Under the pieces are notes generated by a model, which made no database searches, was not told the DNA's origin, and saw nothing but the letters and a program-made list of their open reading frames with translations. A stretch of 64,000 nt of DNA from Setoptus koraiensis (Eukaryota; Animalia; Arthropoda), in assembly GCA_048013815.1 (NCBI GenBank), contig CM106585.1:8308001-8372000 (forward strand), read 5' to 3'. Shown here in pieces: positions 10,428-23,226 of this stretch (the stretch's first letter is position 1; every line of letters starts with the position of its first letter). A program made the position numbers and the translations under genes.

Positions 10428-11099
10428 TCAGCCTTCGTAAAATTTGGGTAATTCGTTTCCCAATACAACCTTACGTCTTAGACCGTCTTTATCTATAACA
10501 CCGATCCTAACACAACCACCACTGGATCCATCTCTTGACAAGGCTAAGGTTATGCTTTTTGTAACAAAGTCTACACATTCTGCCTCTGACATATTCTCCC
10601 TGAAATTGGAATCAACATAACCATAGATATAGCCAGAACCCGAACCTCCTATCGAGACATTTTCACGCACTAGCATTCCTCCTAATGGTATACAGTATAC
10701 CTGGCCACCCTCTCTTTTATCATAACCAGCGACGATAATACCAGCCAGTAATTGTTCTCTATAATTGTAGCAAATATCACGGAAGACGTTGGCTGCGGCT
10801 TTTACTGTTGGCTCCTCTCCCATCTCCATATTATAGAAGTTGAGACGATATTTTACAATATCGGCTATCGCTTGTGTGTCGGCGGCTGAACCCGATCGAC
10901 AGCAGTATATATTATCCGATACTCTGGTTAATTTATCGGTTACACGATTGGCTATGTAGGCACCAGTTGTTGTGCGTGAATCCGCACCAATGACTACTCC
11001 ACCATTGTAGGCTACTGCCATTATTGTGGTTCCAGTCGATACCTCACAATTGAGATGATCCGGCACCAAATCGTTGATATCCATGAGTAGGCTGGACAT
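10428..11099 (-). CDS. PSMB6: Proteasome subunit beta type-6 (beta1), single exon
   Basis: Propeptide then EVSTG|[54 protein letters not shown] and RDGSSGG. The ATG at 11099 is the likely start; the track's 11132 start is GTG. Confidence 0.95.
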   Translation of the reverse strand: MSSLLMDINDLVPDHLNCEVSTGTTIMAVAYNGGVVIGADSRTTTGAYIANRVTDKLTRVSDNIYCCRSGSAADTQAIADIVKYRLNFYNMEMGEEPTVKAAANVFRDICYNYREQLLAGIIVAGYDKREGGQVYCIPLGGMLVRENVSIGGSGSGYIYGYVDSNFRENMSEAECVDFVTKSITLALSRDGSSGGCVRIGVIDKDGLRRKVVLGNELPKFYEG

Positions 11100-11562
11100 G
11101 ATGATGTGATGAATGTATTTGCAGAGTGTCACTCTGGTCTAAGTGTCTTGGATTGAGGGTTGGACGGTCTGACGGATTCCTATTACACTAGTATTCCTGT
11201 GGTTGAAACTCTTTCTCTGATGATGCTAATAGATGAAGTTGTCAACAATACACTCAATCGGATTCCCAGTGGAAGGTTGGTAACAAAGTGCCGAAATAAA
11301 AAATAACCTGTCTACAGATGCTCATAATGCTGGGATGTGAAACAATCAATTCTGAGCGCAACATTTAAAACTATGAATATTCAATTGATATTCATGGATA
11401 TGTGCATTCTGAGGCATTTTTTCTCCTTTTTATTTGATTATCGCGCCTTTACTACAGACCAAAGTTTTTTTCTTCTATATCTGGATGATATCACGTGTGT
11501 AATGGCGCTCTTGGGTTAATAATGACGTTTCCCTGGTTCGAAAGCATCACTCAACACTTAAA

Positions 11563-14454
11563 ATGCTGAATCTCAGACCCATAGATGCCAAGGGCCTCAG
11601 TGAGGAGATGATCCTCATGAAATGGAACCCTGGCATGGACTTGTTGGCTATAGTCTTTAAGAACGGTGATATAACACTCAACAGACTATTATCATGGCAG
11701 AGAGTTTGGAGGATACCATTTCCTGGTAACATGACGACATCTAGCGCTGTCAAACAATCACCAGAGGATACCATCAGAGATATCGCGTGGCGGCCGGATG
11801 GAAGAGTGTTAGCCATATGTTATGATGTGGATATTGTCGACAGGGCAGTTACAGTGGATGGGCCTTATAAGACCAGCATTTGCTCATTGCACAATGTGGA
11901 GAATGGCGAGATGATCAACACTATTCATGTAGAAGAGGGTCTGATAACATCACTCGGATGGTTTGTTCACAAACCACTAAACGATGAGAAAATCTTTGTG
12001 CCGGACATCGGGAAGCAAAATCAAACAAATGAACTATTATCTGAGTATCGTGATATTTTGTCCAATGGCACAGATGATAGCATAGACATATCTCAGTATC
12101 TGCCAGAGATGCATGCTTTACCAGCATCATTCAACGCTGCTAACAAACGGTCCACGGTCTTCGGTTTCGGGCCCCAGTCAAATTCCAATCAACAGACGGG
12201 TGTTCAAACAACCAGTGATGCATTGAGCTCTTTGTTGGCGACAGATCAATCATGTTTAAATTTGTTAGCTGTGGCAACAAACAAAGCCAGCATAAAATTA
12301 TACGCCCTGGGTTTGTACGATGTCGGATCAATCGAGTTGGACGGTTCAGTGATTGATACGCCAATAACCAATGTCTTCCTCTCAAGCTGCATGAGATATA
12401 TTACAGTCATCCAAGAAAAACCCTATGTTGACATGAATCAAACAACTAGATGCAGTAGGTCATCAACTAGAAACTCACCTGGTACCTCAAGGAGGTCTCG
12501 CGCAAGTTTTAATGCCGACTCATCGGATATATCTAGAGTCAGGTCATCAAGCTTTAACGGACAAAACATATCCACTGTCTCGAGTAGGAGGCGCCAATCT
12601 TCACTAACTTCCGATAGTTCAAAATCTTCCAGGTGCTCATATTCCTTGCGTACCATCGAGATTAACACGTTTTTTCGGCGCGGTCGCGAAGTTCTTCGAG
12701 TGTCAAAAATGTATGCAAAAATATTATCAGCTTTACAGTATCTAGAAGAAGTCATGAAAGCTATCACAGGAAGCTGGGAAGATGTGCTAGCCGGTCTAGA
12801 CACGAAATTGTCCAGTTATTGTAGCAGGACGGCCCATCAACAAGCCAATTCTATCACAACGTCCAATGGCTACACCCTGCTTACCGCTGACGAATTTCTT
12901 CAATTACTTGTGATAGGTCACTTGAGCGACAACTTGGAAAAGTTCCTACATGATCTCTCTGACAAAGGACTGAAAAAATTGAATCAAGCAATTGAGCAGA
13001 CATGTTCAAAAGTGCAAAATTTAGTTGTGAGGGGAGCTCAAAAATGTTGTTACCATTTGCACAATGACTTGAACACCTTACGCGGTATGTCTAAATGGAA
13101 GGAAAGATACGGCGATGTTGGTCTTGATGAGGCAACTATTGTGGTAGCAATGAAATCCGTGGGTTCCTTACTGTTGAAGCTCACTGAATTGCAACAAGTG
13201 ATTAACCATTCTCTCAAAAGTACCAAGTCATTTTTTCGTTGGCTCACCTCTGTAATGAATCGTGTATCAAGTGATTCCAATGTAAGTATCGTGCCAAGTG
13301 AGGTCCTAATGACAACTGAACAGGATATTCAGTTCATAACTGACTTTATACAAGAAAATTTCGATTGGAGCTCTGATGATGGTGCAGATGCCAAGAAAGT
13401 TGGACGAAATGATGATTCATTTGAGCGGCCAACATGCAGTAATTTTACATTGGAGCAAGTAGGTCAATATTTCAAAAACGAAACCCTCACCAGGCAAAAA
13501 TACTCATTTGTCAATCCTGGTGCAAATTTCTGGATCGACTTCATTAAAGACAAGCCTGAACTGAGTGAGAACACTCCTCTAGAAGAAGACGGGGCATCAA
13601 TGTTGCTATTTTACCCTCATAATTCTGATACCTCACTCATTCAAGAGCACAGTAGAGCAGATCGATTGGTTAGAGAGGCATTCAGCTCTGTCTCCATAAA
13701 TATCACACAGACCTTATCCAGAAGTGACATCGTCATTGAATTAGATGAATTCATTAGAGGAACCAAGAGTATCAAAACGACTAGACTATTTGTGGAAACA
13801 GATCCATCCAACAACCATCACTACTGTTTATTCATGACAGAGGATTGCCCTTCTGAGAAGATTTATCTCATTTCTGTTGTTCTGGCAACTGGTAAATGTC
13901 GCTTACTCAAGCCAAAATTGATAAAACTCGATAATAATTCATACAACGATAGCTCCGATTTGGATGACTCACAAGTGACTGAACCTTTTATTGTGAGTGA
14001 TTTCAAATTTTTCACTCCCACGGTCATGTCTTTCCTACTATTAGACCAAAAGAGAGTGGACACTTATTTAGTTCAGATACATAAGGACCAATTTATGATA
14101 AATGATGAGCATACAAAATGGTGGTCGACCAAAGAGATTAGTGAGATATTAACAAGCCAAGATACTCTAGATGAACAAAGTGAGGAAGTCCTTATCTATA
14201 TAGATGTAAATTCAACATCCCAGCAGCGCAAATTAAATCCGAGCATTGTTTATAGAAAAGTCAAATCGGTTGTAGGTATTGACATGGCTGTGGAGGGCCA
14301 GAGAAAGCTGGCATGTTTCACCTCTGACGGAAATAAGAAGATGCATCTTTATGAATTAGAATCTTGTGATCCCGAAGAGGAACTAGAGGATGAAGAGAGA
14401 ATCCAAAACGAAGAATCCAATCCAGAAGAATGCAGCACGATGGAACAAAGTTGA
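11563..14454 (+). CDS. ANAPC4: Anaphase-promoting complex subunit 4, single exon, 963 aa
   Basis: MKWNPGMDLLAIV...LNRLLSWQRVW and IAWRPDGRVLAICY match the APC4 WD40 N-terminus. The central helical region (LTADEFLQLLVIGH...LEKFL; LRGMSKWKERY) and the acidic tail also fit. Confidence 0.93.
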   Translation: MLNLRPIDAKGLSEEMILMKWNPGMDLLAIVFKNGDITLNRLLSWQRVWRIPFPGNMTTSSAVKQSPEDTIRDIAWRPDGRVLAICYDVDIVDRAVTVDGPYKTSICSLHNVENGEMINTIHVEEGLITSLGWFVHKPLNDEKIFVPDIGKQNQTNELLSEYRDILSNGTDDSIDISQYLPEMHALPASFNAANKRSTVFGFGPQSNSNQQTGVQTTSDALSSLLATDQSCLNLLAVATNKASIKLYALGLYDVGSIELDGSVIDTPITNVFLSSCMRYITVIQEKPYVDMNQTTRCSRSSTRNSPGTSRRSRASFNADSSDISRVRSSSFNGQNISTVSSRRRQSSLTSDSSKSSRCSYSLRTIEINTFFRRGREVLRVSKMYAKILSALQYLEEVMKAITGSWEDVLAGLDTKLSSYCSRTAHQQANSITTSNGYTLLTADEFLQLLVIGHLSDNLEKFLHDLSDKGLKKLNQAIEQTCSKVQNLVVRGAQKCCYHLHNDLNTLRGMSKWKERYGDVGLDEATIVVAMKSVGSLLLKLTELQQVINHSLKSTKSFFRWLTSVMNRVSSDSNVSIVPSEVLMTTEQDIQFITDFIQENFDWSSDDGADAKKVGRNDDSFERPTCSNFTLEQVGQYFKNETLTRQKYSFVNPGANFWIDFIKDKPELSENTPLEEDGASMLLFYPHNSDTSLIQEHSRADRLVREAFSSVSINITQTLSRSDIVIELDEFIRGTKSIKTTRLFVETDPSNNHHYCLFMTEDCPSEKIYLISVVLATGKCRLLKPKLIKLDNNSYNDSSDLDDSQVTEPFIVSDFKFFTPTVMSFLLLDQKRVDTYLVQIHKDQFMINDEHTKWWSTKEISEILTSQDTLDEQSEEVLIYIDVNSTSQQRKLNPSIVYRKVKSVVGIDMAVEGQRKLACFTSDGNKKMHLYELESCDPEEELEDEERIQNEESNPEECSTMEQS

Positions 14455-15083
14455 TTCATAGTATTGGTATTGTTAATTTTGGACCATCTTTCATTCGAAT
14501 TGTGTTACATACATAAATGTTTGAAAGTTTTTCTAACTAATTAAAGAGGAAGAAATTATCGATATGTTCCAGTGTCAATATAGAACTCAATTTATTTGTC
14601 TTAGTCTGTGGTAATTAACATGAGAGTAATAGGGCAAGGACGCAAGAGAATGTACTTTGTAGTTGTTCTAATTTGATGGAGAAATGGTATCTGGAAAACT
14701 TGCATTGCTCTAGCGCTTCTTTCGTCGTATTTGTTTCTATAATCAATCTGATAATGTAACTAAATTGCGATATCACGGCGATATAAATGTTCATAATCAT
14801 AATTTGTGTAAATTATTAGAGAAGGAGAGAGATTATAGTGAGCTAGTTGCAAACATTTTTTGTATAGTAAAATGTAAATGTTTTAATATTTGACTTGCAA
14901 GTTACACCAGCAAGCTACCACCAGCTTAGCGTATATACAGTTTATTACGTAACTGCATTGTTTTATCATACTGATCTATAGTCTATTTGGCACTGAAAAA
15001 TGATTACATAATAATATTTGGTGCTTTCCATATTGGCATAAGTGCCTGACGGAAGTAGGAGTATTAGTGAGTTTAGAAAGACA

Positions 15084-17566
15084 TTACATCTTCCTGTTGG
15101 CACTATTGACGGTTAATCTTGAACCATAGCCAATTGATGAATCATCTAGGATGAACTTTTGTTGGTTACTAGTAAATTTTCTGCCCGTAGCCGATTGTAT
15201 GGATGATGGTTGTTGTTGTTGTTGTCGGGGAATACTGTTAATATCATTGCTGACCATATTGTTTTGCTGGTGTTGTTCTTTATCAAAGTGATTATGCTTA
15301 GATGTAGCAGATAATCTACCTGTATTTGTTGCAATAGCCGATGTATCGATTATAGACTGATTAGTTGTAGTAGTGGGCTTCCATCCGGAGTGGCCAAAGG
15401 ATTGTGCAAACGAAGACGTCCTCTTATCTCCACCTTTTGTGCCGCTTATTGTTGCTGCTGTTGTTCTTATAAATTGTTGTTGATTATTTAAATTAGTTGC
15501 CTGTTGATTGTGTAGCTGCTGCCATCTAAATTGTTTATTACTATTATTGTTATTATTGTTTGTGACAGGTAATATAAATCTATTTGGTTGACTAATGGAA
15601 TTAGAATCTAAATGCTGTCTAATCGTTTGTTTGTTGCTATCTTTGTTTGATTGATTGTTTGATTCAAAATCATTCAAACTCACAATTTCGGTCACTCCTG
15701 TCTTGACGGATGCTGCCGTTGTTGTTGTTGTTGTGAAAGCTGATGAAGTTGCAGTTGCTGTTGCTGGTACGATTGATGTTGCAGTTGTGGTGGTAGTTGT
15801 TGATGTTGCCGGTGCAATGGTGGTTGATATATTATTATCAACGTCTGAGGAAGTGCTTAACGATGATTGATCAGTGAATGATGTAACACTGGATAATGTA
15901 GATGCAACTGATGATGACTTTGTTTGGCCAGGCCTCTGTTGTTGTTGCTGCTGCTGGTTGTTCGCCTGTGGTGTTAATCCCTCATCATTAGAAATCAAGT
16001 TGGGAAAAGTTGAAAAGCTGTTGGTGGGCGCACTGGTGGTTGTTTGTTGAATCAAACCAGCAACCCCATTGATGGCTAAATCGCTATTACTATTGGCTTG
16101 GTTGTTCCTGTTGTTGTTGTTGTTACCTGTGAACAACTGAGATTGGAATTGTGTTTGTTGGTCTTGATTAGATGCAACAACCATTGTTGTTGTTGCTGCT
16201 GTTGTTGTTGGAATAAACAAATTAGATGATGCGCTAATATCATTAATATTAGCTATGACTTGAGTTCTCTTTTGGCTGCCAGGCGATACCAAAGACGACT
16301 TCTTTGCCGAATGGTCTCCTTTCACACCTCTGCCGGCGCCAATAGCAGCACCAAATGCTGGTTGTTGTTGTCTCTGCTTTTGTTGCTGCTGTTGCAAAGC
16401 CGGTCTCGGTTGCAATCTAGTGAAAACGTTCTGATAGATCGATTGTGGCTGTTGATTGTTGTTGGCCGATTGAACGTTGTTTGTATTGACGGCAAATATT
16501 GGCGCCAGCGTGGTTGTTGGCGCCTCAAAATTATTAAATGCTGCGGGCCTAGTGGTGGTCGGTCTAAACACGCTCTGTATGGTAGCCGGCCTAATTGGTT
16601 GTTGCTGAGAATTGATCATCTTTTGTTGTTGCCTTACCACTGTCTTCTGTTGTTGCTGTTGCCTCTGTTGTTCAACTTCATTTGCATTAGAAATAAATAA
16701 CGGATTAGTGGTGGTAGTAGGTACAAATGGTCTCACTTGTTGTTGATTGAGCTGTCTAGCCGGTTGAAATGTTGCCGATTGTTGCTTTTGGATATCAGAC
16801 GTTTGTTGGATTGTTTTCGTGGCCGCTTTATTGGTGGTTGACTTTTGTTTTGTCGATTGAATCCATTTGGCAACTCCTCCGCCATTTGTATTAGTTTGAG
16901 TGTTGCGGGGCCTTGTTGGGCCAGCGTTTTGCGCCCTATTATCCTGATTGAACGAGCCACCGTTACCGTTAGCAAACTGTACCGTTTTGGCCAGGTTGCC
17001 GCTCTGCTGCTGTTGCACCGGCCGTCTCCAAATGTCCTGTTGTTGTTGTTGTTGCTGCTGCTGCTGCTGTTGTTGTTGTTGTTGGCGTTCAGGACCGTTA
17101 TTAAAAAACGCAATTTCCGTTATTGCCGCCGTTGGTGTTGTTGTTGTTGTCTGCCAGCGCGCATCATTACTTTGTTGAGATGGGCCAGCCACTGATACGA
17201 CAGTGGAGGTCGGGACTTTGGCACTTGCATCTAAATTGGCATTATTGTTATTGCTTGGCCCATCAAATACTCTTAATCCATTACTAATCTCGGACAGTAG
17301 CTGCTGTCGCTCATTGGCAGTCAATTCTGGTGTTACCGTGGTGGGTCTTAGAGAGTCGCTGTCCGATGTTGCTGCTGTTGTTGTTGTTGTGACAGAGGCT
17401 CTCATAATGACATTGGACGTCAGACTTGGCTTGAATCTAATACCTGTCGCGGCGGGCTTAAATGAAGACACAAAGCCAGTGTTGATCCCTTCCTGATTGG
17501 CACCTTTCGATCCGGCTGCCGGTGTTGTCGATTTTGACTGACTAAAGTTGACTCTTTGTCGCTGCT

Positions 17567-17597
<31 letters not shown>

Positions 17598-20500
17598 TTG
17601 GTTGTTGCGTTTGTCGTTGCTTAAAATGAAACTATCAATTATTGGTCGCATTGTTGTGGTTAGGTCGTCCTTTTGGCCCGTAATGAACGCTGCTGCTGTT
17701 GTTGTCGTTGGTACAACAGGTGCCGCTGTTGTTATTGGCTGGCTGGCAACAATGGACTGCTTGCTGATTGTTACTGTTGGACGAGAGGATTTAATGCCGC
17801 CGCTGCTGCTGGTGACATCAAGGCGCTGTTGTTGTTGCTGTTGCTTAGCTGGACCAGAGTCCGGAGTAACACTGTCTGACTGACCAGTGACAGTGTTTGC
17901 TTGCACTTGCATTGTTGGTCCCGATTGTGCGAATTGACCAGTTTGGCCAGCGTTGGCAAACTGGCTATTTGTTGTTGTTGGTCGTGGTTGTTGTTTTTGC
18001 GAATTAGCATTCGTATTCAAATTAACACTAAACGTGGTTGGCGTGTCTCTGTTGGGCCCATTTTGTTGTGTTAGCTCTATGGGTGACTGGTCATTATTGT
18101 CGCTATTGTCGTCGTTGGCGCCATCGTTGTCGTTGGTGTTGTTATTGTCCAATTGCTCATTCATTGATACCGTATTATCATCAGACATAAATGTTTGAGG
18201 TGCCACCGTGGTAATTGGCACTGGCTCGCGCCTTGGGTAATCCTCTTCCTTTAGTTGTTGCACTTGCTGTAGGAATTGTTGTTGCAATTGTTGTTGAAGT
18301 ATCGACATCTGAGTAGTGGTTGGCGTCAATATTTGTTGCGCTTGCGGGCGGCTGTTTCCGGTAAATTGCACAAAATTATCATTGTTAGCGGGGAAATTAC
18401 CATTGCTTACAGTGGCCTTTGTAGCTTGCTGCTGTTGCTGTACCCATTTTTGGTTGTTTTGTGTGGTCTGGGGCCTCGCCGTTGTGATGAATTGACTAAA
18501 TGAATTGACGGGTCGCCCGTTGGCTTGCTGTTGCTGGTCGACAACAGACTGACCATTGTCGTTGATTGATTGATCAACGCCGGACACCTGAACAGCGGAC
18601 ACTTCGGTCATTGTCTGGCCAGCGGTCTTAATTATGCTGGGCTGTTGGTCGTCCACCATTTGTAAATCTGTTTGTTGTGATGACCCGCCGTTAGAAGTGA
18701 TAGTGCCGGCAGAGTCGTCGCTGTCCGACGACGACGACGACGACGACGACTGTCCCTTCGTCTGTTGGATCTGTGTCTGATCCAGCAAGTTTGTGCCGGC
18801 ATTTTTTTGTTCGTTGTTGTTGAGAGCACCCTGAGTGGTTTGCTGTTGTCCTCGCAAATCGTTGGCCTCATTCGAATCAATCACACTATTATTGTTAGTA
18901 TCATTTTGCGTTTGTTTGTTGTCGGCGTCAACCGCCAGCGACGACACCGAGTCGGCGGTGGTTTGCGGGGCGACGGTCGTTGTAACCACAGTCAGTTGCT
19001 GCTGTTGCAAATTGCTGTTGTCGTTGTTGTTGTTGTTGTTATTCTTGGTTGCCTGTTGCTGGTTGTTGATCTCTTGCTGTTGGTTGTTTGCTGCTGCCGC
19101 TGTTGTTGTCGTTGTTGATCCACCTTGACCTGCGCCGTTAACCGCTTGTTGGGCCTGATTAGTGGACGTTGTTGGTCTGCTCGTGTCCGACTGCTGTCTC
19201 TGAGGCTGTGGCTGTTGTTGGTCATTAGCACCATCAGCGATTTGCTGCTGCTGCTGGTCATTGTTTGTAACAAGTGAATTATCATTGAAGTTGTTGTTGT
19301 TCTGGCTGGACAGTGATGAGCTGGCCGGAGTGGTTGTTGGCTGCTGTTGCTGCGCAAGTGAGCCCATTGAAACTTGTTGAAAGCCCGACGTTTGTTGTTG
19401 CTCGCTCTTTTGCTGCGTATTTAATTGAGATGAATCCTCTTGTTGTTGTTGTTGTTGTTGTTGCTGAACATTATTATTATTGTTGTTGTTATTATTATTG
19501 TTGTTGAACTGGCCATCGTTGAGCGTGGATGTTGTTGTGCCCGCCAACTGTTGCTGTTGATTAGTGGCAGTTAATGAATTGGCGCCAAATGGTTGCTTGT
19601 TGTTGGAAGTGGTAAATTTAGAATCGTTGACTGTTGCAATCCATGGCTGTTGTTGCGAGCCAACAACAGCTTTGGGCCCGCCGGTTTGTTGAGCAAAGTT
19701 GTTGTTGTCGTCGTTGGCCGAGTCGGTGAGTGTGGTCACTTTTTGCTGTTTGTCGGCCTCTGTCTGTTGCCGTTGCTGATTTGTATCAAAATCCAGACCG
19801 GCGTTGTTGATTTGCTCCTTCTCTTGTTCGTATCGCTGGGCCGAATCTTCGTCGCCCGCTACCAATTCAATGACATTGTAATTGAACTGTCTATTTGCGC
19901 TCTGTCTGCCGTTGGAACGAAGAGCCTCGTTTATTGACACCGGCACCGGTTGTCTGGCTAGTTGTCGTTGTTGTCTGAAGTTGTCGTTGCTGCTTGCAGC
20001 CACATTGTTGATGCTGGCGCTGTCCCACTGTCGACTTGCCGACTGGTTTCCGGTTGCCAGCAGCAGCATGCCGTTGGCAGTGGCTGCACCGGCCGCATTG
20101 GCGGCCAGAGTGGCCAGCGAGCGTTCTCTTGATTCGCGCTGAATCTCCTCTAATTGATTGTAAAATTCCAATGTCACACCGGATTGTTGCAACTGTTGAG
20201 CGCTTGGCTGTTCCACGACATACTCAACATCGGCCGAATTCTCTTGCCGTGTGCCTATTTCGTTTGTTTTGACGGTGGCCCGGTAGCCGTCGTTGTCGGC
20301 AATGTAGTCGACGCGTCTCTGGCGACCATCGTCGCCCATAATAGTGTAAAATCCCGTTATGCGCCCACTTCCGTCGCCCTGTTCTTGGTGAGTGGATAGT
20401 GCGCCTGCTTGTGACAATTAGTCGGTATCAAACGGCAAACATATGACAAAAACGAATGATAACGGGCGCAAAGGTACACAGGGCCGGTCGGGGACGAAAG

Positions 20501-22107
20501 GAAGAGATTAGCTGTTTATTAAAATACATTAATGCCCTCGAGAGCGACACAGCGATAATAATCGTCATCGCCAAGCGATAATAATCGTCATCGCCAAGCG
20601 AGCGAGTTCATCACTATCATCATCGTTACTGCTAGCACCGTTATTATTGCCCGGTCGAGCGGAACGCTCCGCTCGCCGGGCCCTGATTTTCTTCGACTTT
20701 TTCATCTTTGTGCCCATCAAATAAACTCGAGATCGCAAACATTTGATTAGCACCTCGAGCCATCTCGGCAACGCCAACTCGCTGTCACAATATAACAATA
20801 TAACGAGTTTACGTCCTTGTGTCATCAAACTGATCTAATTGCAGCTCGTTGTCGAGACAGATTGTTGCAACTCACAACCAAACTCATGTAATATAACATG
20901 TGAATAATATGCGTCTGGGCAGCGGATAAATTTAAATTTAATCGATCATGGTCAAACGTTGTTGTTGTTGTTGTAAATAAATTTGTTTGCGGATTAGCTC
21001 GCGAGAAACTGTCAGATCACTTTTTCTCTTGTTTGTCGTCACACAAGCTACAGGCATAAATAAATAAAAATAAACAAACGAAACGGCCATTGACGAGATT
21101 AATGGCCAGCGACAAATTTTATAGTCTTGTTTCTTATGATTATCTCTGCCTATTGCCATTAGCATTCAATCACTTGTGCATACATTCACACCTGAATATT
21201 CCCATTCTCAGTATGGACGGCGCGTATATAATGTATACTACAATTATAATGTTTAGTATAAATAAAAATTAGACGAAATATTAATGTTAATTTGATATTT
21301 GGCTTGCTTGGCCAACTATCAAATTAATCAAATCACCGCCACTCACAATGAATGAATTGTGTGATTAACGATAACCTTTGATCACTTCAGCTGCTCACAT
21401 TGGCCGATGTCCGATTGTTGGTCCATTCGGTTGCAGCGTCCCTCAAATTAATCTGGCATTTAGGCACAATTGAAGGTCTCCGATCAAATTAACTTAATAT
21501 CAATAATAAGCAATTAAACTGACCTAGGCTGCTCACGATCAATGAGACATATTATAATCTACATATAATACAAGTCTCACTAACGGTGTGTATCAAAGTG
21601 TCGCAACAACCGCCATTTAGAGCCACATAATCTGCATAATTAGCTAACAAGGACACTCATTATCATGATCATTATTATCTCATTCTCTCCGTTTGCGAGT
21701 GTTTGATCTGCACTAGCTACTGGTTGATATTGATTAATGAATCTCGATTGATTAATGAATGATCTTCTTAATGAGTCATTATTATCGATGAGACACTCAC
21801 CGTATGATTCGGCCGAGTAGCCGAACGAATATGGCTCGGGTGCGGGATGCTCTTCCGGTTTGGCGATCGTTGCTGCATTGTTGACACTTGATGCTTGATT
21901 ATTATTAATTATTTGCTGCTGTTGTTGTTGTTGCGTTGTTGATTGAGCAAACACACCTGTCAGGCTGAATATTACGACAATTACGGTACTGATCAGCATG
22001 ATTGTTGCTGGGTGTAGAGAAAATCTTTTCGTCTTGCTTCTAGTTGCTGTTGCATTTCTATCGATTTTGCGCGCCAAATAATCAACTGTATCACTGGTGC
22101 AGATCAT
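15084..22107 (-). CDS. Giant cuticle protein (R&R chitin-binding domain plus ~1,700 aa Q/N/T/S low-complexity tail); complement(join(15084..20404,21801..22107)); alternative start ATG 21999
   Basis: The upstream exon encodes a signal peptide and PEPYSFGYSAESYG|GTGAGT. It splices (CAAGCAG acceptor) in phase 1 to ALSTHQEQGDGSGRITGFYTIMGDDGRQRRVDYIADNDGYRATVKTNEIGT, a chelicerate-type Rebers-Riddiford motif. The second exon is a 5.3 kb uninterrupted ORF. Confidence 0.85.
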
Positions 22108-22426
22108 GATGATTTCGTTTTCGAGTTGTTGTCGGCTTGTTGTTGTTGGCTGCCGCTTGTCTGCTATTGACTCACTGTATGTATGATGTAACGCTGGCGT
22201 GCTTGCTGATTTGGTTAGACTGATTTTTGGTTAGGAAAACTTTTCAGCTTAAACTTTTTCTTGTTTCTTGTAACAAACTTTTCATCTGGCAAGCGAGCAC
22301 TTGATCGTGATGATGATAAATGTCGAATGGACTCTCATGTCTGCCGTGTCTGATTGTTAAATGGTGTGAATCAATTCTCCGGCTATTTAAATGAAAACAA
22401 AACAGCAAACTTCGACTCACTTGTTT

Positions 22427-22497
22427 TTTGTTTGTTTGTTTGTTCGTTTGTTTGTTTGTTTGTTTGTCTGTTTGTCTGTTTATTTGTTGCTTGTTTG
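22427..22497. repeat. (TTTG)n imperfect microsatellite
   Basis: Directly visible. Confidence 0.9.
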
Positions 22498-23224
22498 TGC
22501 TGCTAGTGACGGCGATCGTTGCCGGCCGAGTCCATTTGACTAATTGAATAACAGTACAATAAGATTCATACTCTTTATATCAAGACACTATTCTCTGTAA
22601 TAAGCGTGTTTTCACTGTTAACGCCACCTATATTGTGATTCACGTTAGCGAGGGCTAATCTTCTCTCTCAGTTAGTCTCATCATCATCATTAACATCATC
22701 ATCATCATCATGACAGCAAATGGCGGGGTTTTATATGCGTGCATGCAAGTTGGGTTTGTTTTCATTGACACAAAGACAAAAAGTTGCGTCACTCTCACTC
22801 TCTGTTTGGCTCTTTTGCAATCATAAAGTTTTAATGTGTTCATTAGGATTTTAAACTTGTCAGTTGTGTGAATAGTCTTCCCCGATAATCCGCTCGCCGC
22901 CCCCCCCCCACCTGCCCGTCTCACCTGTGCCGCTCACCTGAGCTGCTTACCTGTGCTGCTTACGGATGTGTGTGCAGTAGCAAGCGATGCCCAGCTAATG
23001 CGTTTCGCGCCACTCTCTCTCTCTCTCTCTCTCTCTTCTCACTGCCCGCCAATGAGAGCCAGTGATAGCCAGCGAAAGTTGGGGAAAGCCAGCAAAAGCC
23101 GGGCAAAGCCAGTGAGAGCTGTCCCATCAACAGAAGGGGAAAGTACAACGATGACCATTCAGACGGTCAGCGCTGTGTTGCCCGGTCTCAGTGAGTCTAG
23201 TTGGCAAGACCGCGCTGGTTAGAC

Positions 23225-23226
<2 letters not shown>

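Noticed and set aside
11535-11545. GGTTCGAAAGC resembling a tRNA T-loop or B-box
   Set aside because: No cloverleaf or A-box; it sits immediately before the APC4 ATG.
14557-14564. Another TATCGATA (DRE)
   Set aside because: It lies between convergent 3' ends, and a few such 8-mers are expected by chance in 64 kb.
15146-20399. Many plus-strand and alternative-frame ORFs rich in C, L and V
   Set aside because: They are shadows of the trinucleotide-rich cuticle protein exon.
22291-22300. GTGCTCGCTT on the minus strand, identical to the first 10 nt of U6 snRNA
   Set aside because: The match ends after 10 nt and the rest of U6 is absent.
22729-22735. TATAAAA on the minus strand as the cuticle gene TATA box
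   Set aside because: The donor array at 22911-22950 suggests transcription starts further upstream; the TSS cannot be fixed from sequence alone.
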